Positions 49,808-60,896 of a DNA stretch of 64,000 nt are shown one piece after another. The notes under the pieces were generated by a model. It was not told where the DNA came from, did no database searches, and saw only the letters and a program-made list of their open reading frames with translations. Location: assembly GCA_030390025.1 (NCBI GenBank), contig JASTWF010000034.1, positions 4,960,001 to 5,024,000 of the forward strand. The letters are read 5' to 3'. Positions within the stretch are counted from its first letter, which is position 1. The number at the start of each line of letters is the position of its first letter. Source of the DNA: Squalus acanthias. Taxonomy: Eukaryota. The translations under genes and the position numbers were made by a program.

Positions 49808-52729
49808 AATGTTAGAAGGGTGAGAAACAATAGGGGAAGGCCGAGTAAACAAAGGCAAGAAACACAAAGGGCCATACTAAATCATAAGTCTAAAAGGACA
49901 AAGGATGTTAATAAAACAAGCCTAAAGGCTCTGTGTCTTAATGCAAGGAGTATCCGTAATAAGGTGGATGAATTGACTGTGCAAATAGATGTTAACGGAT
50001 ACGATGTGATTGGGATTACAGAGACGTGGCTCCAGAACAATCAAGGCTGGGAACTGAACATCCAGGGGTATTCAACATTCAGAAAGGATAGAATAAAAGG
50101 AAAAGGGGGTGGGGTAGCATTGCTGGTTAAAGAGGAGATTAATGCAATAGCTAGGAAGGACATCAGCTTGGAGGATGTGGAATCAATATGGGTTGAGCTG
50201 CAGAACACCAAAGGGCAGAAAACGTTAGTGGGAGTTGTGTACAGACCTCCAAACAGCAGTAGTGAGGTGGGGGAGGGTATGAAACAGGAAATCAGAGGTG
50301 CGTGCAAAAAAGGCACGGCAGTTATCATGGGTGACTTTAATATGCATATAGATTGGGCTACTCAAACTGGAAGCAATACGGTGGAGGAGGATTTCCTGGC
50401 GTGTTTAAGGGATGGTTTCCTAAACCAATATGTTGAGGAACCAACTCGAGGGGAGGCCATCCTGGACTGGGTGTTGTGTAATGAGGAAGGACTAATCAGC
50501 AATCTTGTGGTACGAGGCCCCCTGGGGAAGAGTGACCATAGTATGGTGGAGTTCTACATTAGGATGGAGAAGGAAACAGTTAAGTCAGAGACCATGGTCC
50601 AGAACTTAAATAAGGGCAACTTTGAGGGTATGAGGCGTGAATTGGCGAGGTTAAATTGGCAAGCGATATTTAAGGGGCTATCAGTGGAAGGGCAATGGCA
50701 GACATTTAGAGATCGCATGGATGAACTACAACAATTGTACATCCCGGTCTGGCGTAAAAATAAAAAAGGGAAGGTGGCTCAACCATGGCTAACAAGGGAA
50801 ATCAGGGACAGTATTAAAACCAAGGAAGTTGCATACAAATTGGCCAGAAGTAGCAGCAAACCCGGGGACTGGGAGAACTTCAAAACTCAGCAGAGGAGGA
50901 CGAAGGGTTTGATTAGGGCAGGGAAAATAAAATATGAAAGGAAGCTTGCAGAGAACATTAAAATGGACAGCAAAAGCTTCTATAAATATGTAAAAAGAAA
51001 GAGGTTAATAAAAAGAAACGTAGGTCCCCTGCAGTCGGAAACAGGGGAAGTCGTAATGGGGAACAAGGAAATGGCAGATCAATTGAACAAGTACTTTGGT
51101 TCGGTGTTTACTGTGGAGGACACACACAACCTGCCGGAAATAAAAGGGGTCAGAGGATCTGGTAAGAGGGAGGAGCTGAGGGAAATCCTTATTAGTCGGG
51201 AAAAGGTATTGGGAAAATTGATGGGACTGAAGGCTGAAAAATCCCCGGGGCCTGATGGTCTGCATCCCAGAGTACTTAAGGAGGTGGCCTTGGAAATAGT
51301 GGATGCATTGACGATCATTTTCCAACATTCCTTAGACTCTGGATCAGTTCCGATGGAGTGGAGGGTGGCCAATGTAACCCCTCTTTTTAAAAAAGGAGGG
51401 AGGGAGAAAGCAGGGAATTATAGACCGGTCAGCCTGACATCGGTTGTGGGTAAAATGATGGAAACAATTATTAAAGATGTCATAACAGACCATTTGGAAA
51501 GTGGCGACATGATAGGTCCAAGTCAGCATGGATTTGTGAAAGGGAAATCATGCTTGACAAATCTTCTGGAATTTTTTGAGGATGTTTCCAATAGGGTGGA
51601 CAGGGGGGAACCAGTAGATGTGGTGTATTTGGACTTTCAGAAGGCCTTCGACAAGGTTCCACACAAGAGATTGGTGAGCAAAGTTAAAGCACATGGGATT
51701 GGGGGTAATGTGTTGACGTGGATTGAGAACTGGTTGGCACACAGGAAACAAAGAGTAGGAGTAAATGGGTACTTTTCAGAATGGCAGGCAGTGACCAGCG
51801 GGGTACCGCAGGGTTCGGTGCTGGGACCCCAGCTGTTTACATTATATATTAATGATTTGGACGAAGGGATTAAATGTAATATCTCCAAATTTGCGGATGA
51901 CACTAAATTGGGAGGCAGTGTGAACAATGAGGAGGATGCTAGGAGGCTACAGAGTGACTTGGACAGGTTGGGTGAATGGGCAAATGTATGGCAGATGAAG
52001 TACAATGTGGATAAATGTGAGGTTATCCACTTTGGTGGTAAAAATAGAGAGGCGGACTATTACCTGAATGGTGGCAGATTAGGGAAAGGGGAGGTGCAAC
52101 GAGACCTGGGCATCATGGTACATCAGTCACTGAAGGTGGGAATGCAAGTGCAGCAGGCAGTCAAGAAAGCAAACGGAATGATGGCCTTCATAGTAAGGGG
52201 ATTTGAGTACAGGAGTAGGGAGGTGATGCTACAGTTGTACAGGGCCTTGGTGAGGCCACACCTGGAGTATTGTGCGCAGTTTTGGTCTCCTAACTTAAGG
52301 AAGGATATTCTTGCTATTGAGGGAGTGCAGCGAAGGTTCACTAGATTGATTCCTGGGATGGCCGGACTGACATATCAAGAAAGATTGGGTCAACTGAACT
52401 TGTATCCTCTGGAGTTCAGAAGAATGAGGGGGGATCTTATAGAGACATTTAAAATCCTGACTGGTTTAGACAAATTAGATGCGGGCAGAATGTTCCCAAT
52501 GGTAGGGAAAACTAGAACCAGGGGTCACAGTCTAAGGATTAAGGGGAAGCCATTTAGGACTGAGCTGAGGAGGAACTTCTTCACCCAGAGAGTGGTGAAT
52601 CTATGGAATTCTCTTCCACAGAAGGTTGTTGAGGCCAGTTCGCTAAATATATTCAAAAGGGAGTTAGATATAACACGCACAACTAGGGGGATCAAGGGGT
52701 ATGGCGAGAAAGCAGGAATGGGGTACTGA
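49808..52729 (+). CDS. CR1 ORF2 (APE + RT), copy 2
   Basis: Translation in the ORF track matches copy 1. No stops or frameshifts. Confidence 0.92.
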   Translation, partial: NVRRVRNNRGRPSKQRQETQRAILNHKSKRTKDVNKTSLKALCLNARSIRNKVDELTVQIDVNGYDVIGITETWLQNNQGWELNIQGYSTFRKDRIKGKGGGVALLVKEEINAIARKDISLEDVESIWVELQNTKGQKTLVGVVYRPPNSSSEVGEGMKQEIRGACKKGTAVIMGDFNMHIDWATQTGSNTVEEDFLACLRDGFLNQYVEEPTRGEAILDWVLCNEEGLISNLVVRGPLGKSDHSMVEFYIRMEKETVKSETMVQNLNKGNFEGMRRELARLNWQAIFKGLSVEGQWQTFRDRMDELQQLYIPVWRKNKKGKVAQPWLTREIRDSIKTKEVAYKLARSSSKPGDWENFKTQQRRTKGLIRAGKIKYERKLAENIKMDSKSFYKYVKRKRLIKRNVGPLQSETGEVVMGNKEMADQLNKYFGSVFTVEDTHNLPEIKGVRGSGKREELREILISREKVLGKLMGLKAEKSPGPDGLHPRVLKEVALEIVDALTIIFQHSLDSGSVPMEWRVANVTPLFKKGGREKAGNYRPVSLTSVVGKMMETIIKDVITDHLESGDMIGPSQHGFVKGKSCLTNLLEFFEDVSNRVDRGEPVDVVYLDFQKAFDKVPHKRLVSKVKAHGIGGNVLTWIENWLAHRKQRVGVNGYFSEWQAVTSGVPQGSVLGPQLFTLYINDLDEGIKCNISKFADDTKLGGSVNNEEDARRLQSDLDRLGEWANVWQMKYNVDKCEVIHFGGKNREADYYLNGGRLGKGEVQRDLGIMVHQSLKVGMQVQQAVKKANGMMAFIVRGFEYRSREVMLQLYRALVRPHLEYCAQFWSPNLRKDILAIEGVQRRFTRLIPGMAGLTYQERLGQLNLYPLEFRRMRGDLIETFKILTGLDKLDAGRMFPMVGKTRTRGHSLRIKGKPFRTELRRNFFTQRVVNLWNSLPQKVVEASSLNIFKRELDITRTTRGIKGYGEKAGMGY

Positions 52730-52763
52730 GGTAGCATGTTCAGCCATGAACGCATTGAATGGC

Positions 52764-52829
52764 GGTGCAGGCTCGAAGGACCGAATGGTCTACTCCTGTA
52801 CCTATTTTCTATGTTTCTATGTTTCTATG
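52764..52829 (+). other. CR1 3'UTR stem-loop plus (TTTCTATG)3 tail, copy 2
   Basis: Same sequence as copy 1. Confidence 0.88.
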
Positions 52830-55800
52830 ACTCGGGTGTTTGACCAGTCACCGGGGTGTGTACGATCATGGACTCGGGCGTTTCATCAGTCCCCAGTGTG
52901 TGTCCGATCATGGACTCGGGTGTTTGACCAGTTCCCGGTGTGTCCGAACATGTACTCGGGTGTTTGACCAGTCCCCGGGGTGTGTACGATCATGGATTCG
53001 GGCGTTTGACCAGTCCCCGGAGTGTGTCTGATCATGGACTCGGGCGTTTGACCAGTCCCCAGGGTTTGTCGGATCATGGACTCGGGCGTTTGACCAGTCC
53101 CCAGGGTGTGTCCGATCATGGCCTCGGGCGTTTGACCAGTCCCCAGGGTTTGTCGGATCATGGACTCGGGCATTTGACCAGTCCCCGGGGTGTGTCTGAT
53201 CATGGACTCAGGCATTTGACCAGTCCCCGGGGTGTGTCTGATCATGGACTCGGGCGTTTGACCAGTCCCCGGAGTGTGTCTGATCATGGACTCGGGCGTT
53301 TGACCAGTCCCCGGAGTGTGTCTGATTATGGACTGGGGCGGTTGACCAGTCCACGGGGTGTGTATGATCATGGATGCGGGGATTTGACCAGTCCCCGCGG
53401 GTGTGTCGGATCATGGACACGATCGTTTGTCCAGTCCCCGGGTCTGTGTCCGATCATAGCCTCCGGCGTTTGACCAGTCCGCGCGGTGTGTCCGATCATG
53501 GACTCGGGCGTTTGACTAGTCCCCAGGGTTTGTCGGATCATGGACTCGGGCGTTTGACCAGGCCCCAGGGTGTGTCCGATCATGACCTCGGGCGTTTGAC
53601 CGGTCCCCAGGGTTTGTCGGATCATGGACTCGGGCGTTTGCCCAGTCCCCGGGTCTGTGTCTGATCATGGACTCAGGCATTTGACCAGTCCCCGGGGTGT
53701 GTCTGATCATGGACTCGGGCGTTTGACCAGTCCCCGGAGTGTGTCTGATTATGGACTTGGGCATTTGTCCAGTCACCGGGATGTGTCCGATCATGGACTC
53801 GGGCGTTTGACCAGTCCCCGGCGTGTGTCCGATCAGGGACTCGGGCGTTTGACCAGTCCCCGGGGTGTGTCCGATCATGGACTCGAGCGTTTGGACATTC
53901 CCCGGGGCTGTGTCCGATCATGGACTCGGGCGTTTGACCAGTCCCCGGCGTGTGTCCGATCATGGACGCAGGCGTTTGGCCAGTCCCCGGGTCTATGTCC
54001 GATCATGGCCTCCGACATTTGACCGGTCCGCGGGGTGTGTCCGATCATGGACTTGAGCGTTTGACCAGTCCCAGGGGTGTGTCTGATCATGGACTCGGGC
54101 GTTTTACCAGTCCCAGGTGTGTGTCTGACCATGGACTCGGGCCTTTGACCAGTTTCCGGGGTGTGTCCGATCATGGACTCGGGCGTTTGACCAGTCACCG
54201 GGGCTGTCTCCGATCATGGACTCGGGCGTTTGACCAGTCGCAGGTGTGTGTCTGATCATGGACTCGGGCGTTTGATCAGTCCCCTGGTTGTGTCCGATCA
54301 TGGACTCGGGTGTTTGACCTGTCCCCGGAGTGTGTCCAATCATGGACTCGGGCGTTTGACCAGTACCCGGGTTGTGTCTGATCATGGACTCGGGCGTTTG
54401 ACCAGTCCCCGGTGTATCCGAACAGGGACTCGGGCGTTTCACCAGTCCCCGGGGTGTGTACGATCATGGACTCGGGTGTTTGACCAGTCCCCGTGGTGTG
54501 TCCGATCATGGACTCGGGCGTTTGACCAGTCCCCGGGGTGTGTCCGATCATGGACTCGGGCGTTTGACCAGTCTTCGGGGTGTGTGCGATCATGGACTCG
54601 GGCGTTTGACCAGTCTTCGGGCTGTGTACGATCATGGACTCGTGTGTTTGACCAGTCCCCGGGGTGTGTCCGATCATGGACTCGGGCGTTTGACCAGTCT
54701 TCGGGGTGTGTGCGATCATGGACTCGGGCGTTTGACCAGTCCCCGGGGTGTGTGCGATCATGGACTCGGGCGGTTGACCAGTCCAAGGGGTGTGTCCGAT
54801 CATGGACTCGGGCGTTTGACCAGTTCCCGGGGTGTCCGAACATATACTCGGGTGTTTGACCAGTCCCCGGGGTGTGTACGATCATGGACTCGGGCGTTTG
54901 ACCAGTCCCCGAAGTGTGTCTGATCATGGACTCGGGCATTTGACCAGTCCCCGGTGTGTCCGCACATATACTCGGGTGTTTGACCAGTCCACGGGGTTTT
55001 TACGATTATGGACTCGGGCGTTTGACCAGTCCACGGGGTGTGTCTGATCATGGACTCGGGCATTTGGCCAGTCCCCGGGGTGTGTCCGATCATGGACTCG
55101 GCTGTTTAACCAGTCCCTGGGGTGTGTACGATCATGGACTCGGACGTTTGGCCAGTCCCCGGCGTGTGTCCGATCATGGACTCAGGTGTTTGACCAGTCC
55201 CCGGGGTGTGTCCGATCATGGACTGGGGCGGTTGACCAGTCCACGGGGTGTGTACGATCATGGATGCGGGGATTTGACCAGTCCCCGCGGGTGTGTCGGA
55301 TCATGGACACGATCGTTTGTCCAGTCCCCACGGGTGTGACGGATCATGGACTCGGGCGTTTGACCAGTCCCCGGGGTGTGACGGATCATGCACTCGGGCA
55401 TTTGGCCAGTCCCCGGGTCTGTTTCCGATCATGGCCTCCGGCGTTTGACCAGTCCGCGGGATGTGTCCAATCATGGACTCGGGCGGTTGACCAGTCCCCG
55501 GGGTGGTGTGTCTGATCATGGACTCGTGCGTTTGACCAGTCCCCAGGGTGTGTCCGATCATGGACTTGGGCATTTGACCAGTCCTCGGGGTGTGTCCGAT
55601 CATGGACTCGGGCGTTTGTCCAGTCCCCAGGGTTTGTCGGATCATGGTCTCGGGCGTTTGTCCAGTCCCCAGGGTGTGTCCGATCATGGCCTCGGGCGTT
55701 TGACCAGTCCCCAGGGTTTGTCGGATCATGGACTCGGGCGTTTGCCCAGTCCCCGGGGCTGTGTCTGATCATGGACTCAGGCATTTGACCAGTCCCCGGG

Positions 55801-57874
55801 TTGTTTCTGATCATGGACACGGGCGTTTGACCAGTCCCCGGTGTGTGTCCAATGATGGACTCGGGCGTTTGACCAGTCCCCGGGGTGTGTCCGATCATGG
55901 GCTGGGGCGTTTGACCAGTCTTCGGGGTGTGTGCGATCATGGACTCGGGCAGTTGACCAGTCCCCGGGGTGTGTACGATCATGGACTCAGGCTTTTGACC
56001 AGTTCCCGGTGTGTCCGAACATATACTCGGGTGTTTGACCAGTCCCCGGGGTGTGTACTATCATGGAGTCGGGCGTTTGACCAGTCCCCAGAGTGTGTCT
56101 GATCATGGACTCGGGCGTTTGACCAGTCCCCAGGGTTTTTCGGATCATGGACTCGGGCGTTTGACCAGTCCCCAGGGTGTGTCCGCTCATGGACTCGGGC
56201 GTTTGACCAGTCCCCAGGGTTTGTCGGATCATGGACTCGGGCAATTGACCAGTCCCCGGGGTGTGTCTGATCATGGACTCAGGCATTTGACCAGTCCCCG
56301 GGGTGTGTCTGATCATGGACTCGGGCGTTTGACCAGTCCCCGGAGTGTGTCTGATTATGGACTGGGGCGGTTGACCAGTCCACGGGGTGTGTATGATCAT
56401 GGATGCAAGGATTTGACCAGTCCCCGCGGGTGTGTCGGATCATGGAAACGATCGTTTGGCCAGTCCCCGGGTCTGTGGCCGATCATGGCCTCCAGCGTTT
56501 GACCAGTCCGCGGGGTGTGTCCGATCATGGACTCGGGCGTTTGACCAGTCCCCGGGGCGGTGTGTCTGATCATGGACTCGTGTATTTGACCAGTCCCCAG
56601 GTTGTGTCCGATCATGGACTCGGGCGTTTGACTAGTCCCCAGGGTTTGTCGGATCATGGACTCGGGCGTTTGACCAGGCCCCAGGGTGTGTCCGATCATG
56701 GACTCGGGCGTTTGACCAGGCCCCAGGGTGTGTCCGATCATGGACTCGGGCGTTTGACCAGTCCCCAGGGTTTGTCTGATCATGGACTCGGGCGTTTGCC
56801 CAGTCCCCGGGGCTGTGTCTGATCATGGAATCAGGCATTTAGCCAGTCCCCGGGGTGTGTCTGATCATGGACTCGGGCGTTTGACCAGTCCCCGGAGTGT
56901 GTCTGATTATGGACTTGGGCATTTGTCCAGTCACCGGGATGTGTCCGATCATGGACTCGGGCGTTTGACCAGTCCCCGGGGTGTGTCCGATCATGGACTC
57001 GAGCGTTTGGACATTCCCCGGTGCTGTGTCCGATCATGGACTCGGGCGTTTGACCAGTCCGCGGCGTGTGTCCGATCATGGACTCAGGCGTTTGGCCAGT
57101 CCCCGGGTCTGTGTCCGATCATGGCCTCCGGCATTTGACCGGTCCGCGGGGTGTGTCCGATCATGGACTTGAGCGTTTGACCAGTCCCAGGGGTGTGTCT
57201 GATCATGGCCTCGGGCGTTTTACCAGTCCCAGGTGTGTGTCTGACCATGGACTCGGGCCTTTGACCAGTTTCCGGGCTGTGTCCGATCATGGACTCGGGC
57301 GTTTGATCAGTCCCCTGGTTGTGTCCGATCATGGACTCGGGTGTTTGACCAGTCCCCGGGTTGTGTCTGATCATGGACTCGGGTGTTTGACCAGTCCCCG
57401 GTGTATCCGAACATGGACTCGGGCATTTCACCAGTCCCCGGGGTGTGTACGATCATGGACTCGGGTGTTTGACCAGTCCCCGTGGTGTGTCCGTCATGGA
57501 CTCGGGCGTTTGACCAGTCCCCGGGGTGTGTCCGATCATGGACTCGGGCGTTTGACCAGTCTTCGGGGTGTGTGCGATCATGGACTCGGGCGTTTGACCA
57601 GTCTTCGGGCTGTGTACGATCATGGACTCGGGTGTTTGACCAGTCCCCGGGGCTGTGTCTGATCATGGACTCAGGCATTTGACCAGTCCCCGGGGATGTG
57701 TCCGATCATGGACTCGGGCGTTTGACCAGTACCCGGGTTGTGTCTGATCATGGACTCGGGCGTTTGACCAGTCCCCGGTGTATCCGAACATGGACTCGGG
57801 CGTTTCACCAGTCCCCGGGGTGTGTCCGATCATGGACTCGGTTGTTTGACCAGTCCCTGAGGTATGTACGAACA
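52830..57874 (+). repeat. 42-bp satellite array, segment 3
   Basis: Same monomer. The variant order parallels 38433-~43150. Confidence 0.98.
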
Positions 57875-60796
57875 AATGTTAGAAGGGTGAGAAACAATAG
57901 GGGAAGGCCGAGTAAACAAAGGCAAGAAACACAAAGGGCCATACTAAATCATAAGTCTAAAAGGACAAAGGATGTTAATAAAACAAGCCTAAAGGCTCTG
58001 TGTCTTAATGCAAGGAGTATCCGTAATAAGGTGGATGAATTGACTGTGCAAATAGATGTTAACGGATACGATGTGATTGGGATTACAGAGACGTGGCTCC
58101 AGAACAATCAAGGCTGGGAACTGAACATCCAGGGGTATTCAACATTCAGAAAGGATAGAATAAAAGGAAAAGGGGGTGGGGTAGCATTGCTGGTTAAAGA
58201 GGAGATTAATGCAATAGCTAGGAAGGACATCAGCTTGGAGGATGTGGAATCAATATGGGTTGAGCTGCAGAACACCAAAGGGCAGAAAACGTTAGTGGGA
58301 GTTGTGTACAGACCTCCAAACAGCAGTAGTGAGGTGGGGGAGGGTATGAAACAGGAAATCAGAGGTGCGTGCAAAAAAGGCACGGCAGTTATCATGGGTG
58401 ACTTTAATATGCATATAGATTGGGCTACTCAAACTGGAAGCAATACGGTGGAGGAGGATTTCCTGGCGTGTTTAAGGGATGGTTTCCTAAACCAATATGT
58501 TGAGGAACCAACTCGAGGGGAGGCCATCCTGGACTGGGTGTTGTGTAATGAGGAAGGACTAATCAGCAATCTTGTGGTACGAGGCCCCCTGGGGAAGAGT
58601 GACCATAGTATGGTGGAGTTCTACATTAGGATGGAGAAGGAAACAGTTAAGTCAGAGACCATGGTCCAGAACTTAAATAAGGGCAACTTTGAGGGTATGA
58701 GGCGTGAATTGGCGAGGTTAAATTGGCAAGCGATATTTAAGGGGCTATCAGTGGAAGGGCAATGGCAGACATTTAGAGATCGCATGGATGAACTACAACA
58801 ATTGTACATCCCGGTCTGGCGTAAAAATAAAAAAGGGAAGGTGGCTCAACCATGGCTAACAAGGGAAATCAGGGACAGTATTAAAACCAAGGAAGTTGCA
58901 TACAAATTGGCCAGAAGTAGCAGCAAACCCGGGGACTGGGAGAACTTCAAAACTCAGCAGAGGAGGACGAAGGGTTTGATTAGGGCAGGGAAAATAAAAT
59001 ATGAAAGGAAGCTTGCAGAGAACATTAAAATGGACAGCAAAAGCTTCTATAAATATGTAAAAAGAAAGAGGTTAATAAAAAGAAACGTAGGTCCCCTGCA
59101 GTCGGAAACAGGGGAAGTCGTAATGGGGAACAAGGAAATGGCAGATCAATTGAACAAGTACTTTGGTTCGGTGTTTACTGTGGAGGACACACACAACCTG
59201 CCGGAAATAAAAGGGGTCAGAGGATCTGGTAAGAGGGAGGAGCTGAGGGAAATCCTTATTAGTCGGGAAAAGGTATTGGGAAAATTGATGGGACTGAAGG
59301 CTGAAAAATCCCCGGGGCCTGATGGTCTGCATCCCAGAGTACTTAAGGAGGTGGCCTTGGAAATAGTGGATGCATTGACGATCATTTTCCAACATTCCTT
59401 AGACTCTGGATCAGTTCCGATGGAGTGGAGGGTGGCCAATGTAACCCCTCTTTTTAAAAAAGGAGGGAGGGAGAAAGCAGGGAATTATAGACCGGTCAGC
59501 CTGACATCGGTTGTGGGTAAAATGATGGAAACAATTATTAAAGATGTCATAACAGACCATTTGGAAAGTGGCGACATGATAGGTCCAAGTCAGCATGGAT
59601 TTGTGAAAGGGAAATCATGCTTGACAAATCTTCTGGAATTTTTTGAGGATGTTTCCAATAGGGTGGACAGGGGGGAACCAGTAGATGTGGTGTATTTGGA
59701 CTTTCAGAAGGCCTTCGACAAGGTTCCACACAAGAGATTGGTGAGCAAAGTTAAAGCACATGGGATTGGGGGTAATGTGTTGACGTGGATTGAGAACTGG
59801 TTGGCACACAGGAAACAAAGAGTAGGAGTAAATGGGTACTTTTCAGAATGGCAGGCAGTGACCAGCGGGGTACCGCAGGGTTCGGTGCTGGGACCCCAGC
59901 TGTTTACATTATATATTAATGATTTGGACGAAGGGATTAAATGTAATATCTCCAAATTTGCGGATGACACTAAATTGGGAGGCAGTGTGAACAATGAGGA
60001 GGATGCTAGGAGGCTACAGAGTGACTTGGACAGGTTGGGTGAATGGGCAAATGTATGGCAGATGAAGTACAATGTGGATAAATGTGAGGTTATCCACTTT
60101 GGTGGTAAAAATAGAGAGGCGGACTATTACCTGAATGGTGGCAGATTAGGGAAAGGGGAGGTGCAACGAGACCTGGGCATCATGGTACATCAGTCACTGA
60201 AGGTGGGAATGCAAGTGCAGCAGGCAGTCAAGAAAGCAAACGGAATGATGGCCTTCATAGTAAGGGGATTTGAGTACAGGAGTAGGGAGGTGATGCTACA
60301 GTTGTACAGGGCCTTGGTGAGGCCACACCTGGAGTATTGTGCGCAGTTTTGGTCTCCTAACTTAAGGAAGGATATTCTTGCTATTGAGGGAGTGCAGCGA
60401 AGGTTCACTAGATTGATTCCTGGGATGGCCGGACTGACATATCAAGAAAGATTGGGTCAACTGAACTTGTATCCTCTGGAGTTCAGAAGAATGAGGGGGG
60501 ATCTTATAGAGACATTTAAAATCCTGACTGGTTTAGACAAATTAGATGCGGGCAGAATGTTCCCAATGGTAGGGAAAACTAGAACCAGGGGTCACAGTCT
60601 AAGGATTAAGGGGAAGCCATTTAGGACTGAGCTGAGGAGGAACTTCTTCACCCAGAGAGTGGTGAATCTATGGAATTCTCTTCCACAGAAGGTTGTTGAG
60701 GCCAGTTCGCTAAATATATTCAAAAGGGAGTTAGATATAACACGCACAACTAGGGGGATCAAGGGGTATGGCGAGAAAGCAGGAATGGGGTACTGA
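57875..60796 (+). CDS. CR1 ORF2 (APE + RT), copy 3
   Basis: Translation in the ORF track matches copies 1 and 2. Confidence 0.92.
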   Translation, partial: NVRRVRNNRGRPSKQRQETQRAILNHKSKRTKDVNKTSLKALCLNARSIRNKVDELTVQIDVNGYDVIGITETWLQNNQGWELNIQGYSTFRKDRIKGKGGGVALLVKEEINAIARKDISLEDVESIWVELQNTKGQKTLVGVVYRPPNSSSEVGEGMKQEIRGACKKGTAVIMGDFNMHIDWATQTGSNTVEEDFLACLRDGFLNQYVEEPTRGEAILDWVLCNEEGLISNLVVRGPLGKSDHSMVEFYIRMEKETVKSETMVQNLNKGNFEGMRRELARLNWQAIFKGLSVEGQWQTFRDRMDELQQLYIPVWRKNKKGKVAQPWLTREIRDSIKTKEVAYKLARSSSKPGDWENFKTQQRRTKGLIRAGKIKYERKLAENIKMDSKSFYKYVKRKRLIKRNVGPLQSETGEVVMGNKEMADQLNKYFGSVFTVEDTHNLPEIKGVRGSGKREELREILISREKVLGKLMGLKAEKSPGPDGLHPRVLKEVALEIVDALTIIFQHSLDSGSVPMEWRVANVTPLFKKGGREKAGNYRPVSLTSVVGKMMETIIKDVITDHLESGDMIGPSQHGFVKGKSCLTNLLEFFEDVSNRVDRGEPVDVVYLDFQKAFDKVPHKRLVSKVKAHGIGGNVLTWIENWLAHRKQRVGVNGYFSEWQAVTSGVPQGSVLGPQLFTLYINDLDEGIKCNISKFADDTKLGGSVNNEEDARRLQSDLDRLGEWANVWQMKYNVDKCEVIHFGGKNREADYYLNGGRLGKGEVQRDLGIMVHQSLKVGMQVQQAVKKANGMMAFIVRGFEYRSREVMLQLYRALVRPHLEYCAQFWSPNLRKDILAIEGVQRRFTRLIPGMAGLTYQERLGQLNLYPLEFRRMRGDLIETFKILTGLDKLDAGRMFPMVGKTRTRGHSLRIKGKPFRTELRRNFFTQRVVNLWNSLPQKVVEASSLNIFKRELDITRTTRGIKGYGEKAGMGY

Positions 60797-60830
60797 GGTA
60801 GCATGTTCAGCCATGAACGCATTGAATGGC

Positions 60831-60896
60831 GGTGCAGGCTCGAAGGACCGAATGGTCTACTCCTGTACCTATTTTCTATGTTTCTATGTTTCTATG
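60831..60896 (+). other. CR1 3'UTR stem-loop plus (TTTCTATG)3 tail, copy 3
   Basis: Same sequence as copy 1. Confidence 0.88.

Larger units (their letters stand above)
49808..52829 (+). mobile_element. CR1-clade LINE, 5'-truncated, copy 2
   Basis: Same length, junctions and translated ORF as copy 1 (offset 14397). Confidence 0.95.
32870..57640 (+). repeat. ~14.4-kb-period duplication (satellite + CR1): ~32870-43150 repeated at ~47260-57640
   Basis: Offset 14397 for 34139/48536, 35234/49631 and 40059/54456. Offset becomes 14521 after a 124-bp (3-monomer) indel (40435/54956, 41490/56011). Confidence 0.88.
57875..60896 (+). mobile_element. CR1-clade LINE, 5'-truncated, copy 3
   Basis: Same length, junctions and translated ORF as copy 2 (offset 8067). 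Confidence 0.95.

Noticed and set aside
35411..60896. Three independent site-specific insertions (R2/Tx1-like targeting)
   Set aside because: Identical 5' truncation, tail length and kilobases of shared flanking variants favour duplication of one insertion.
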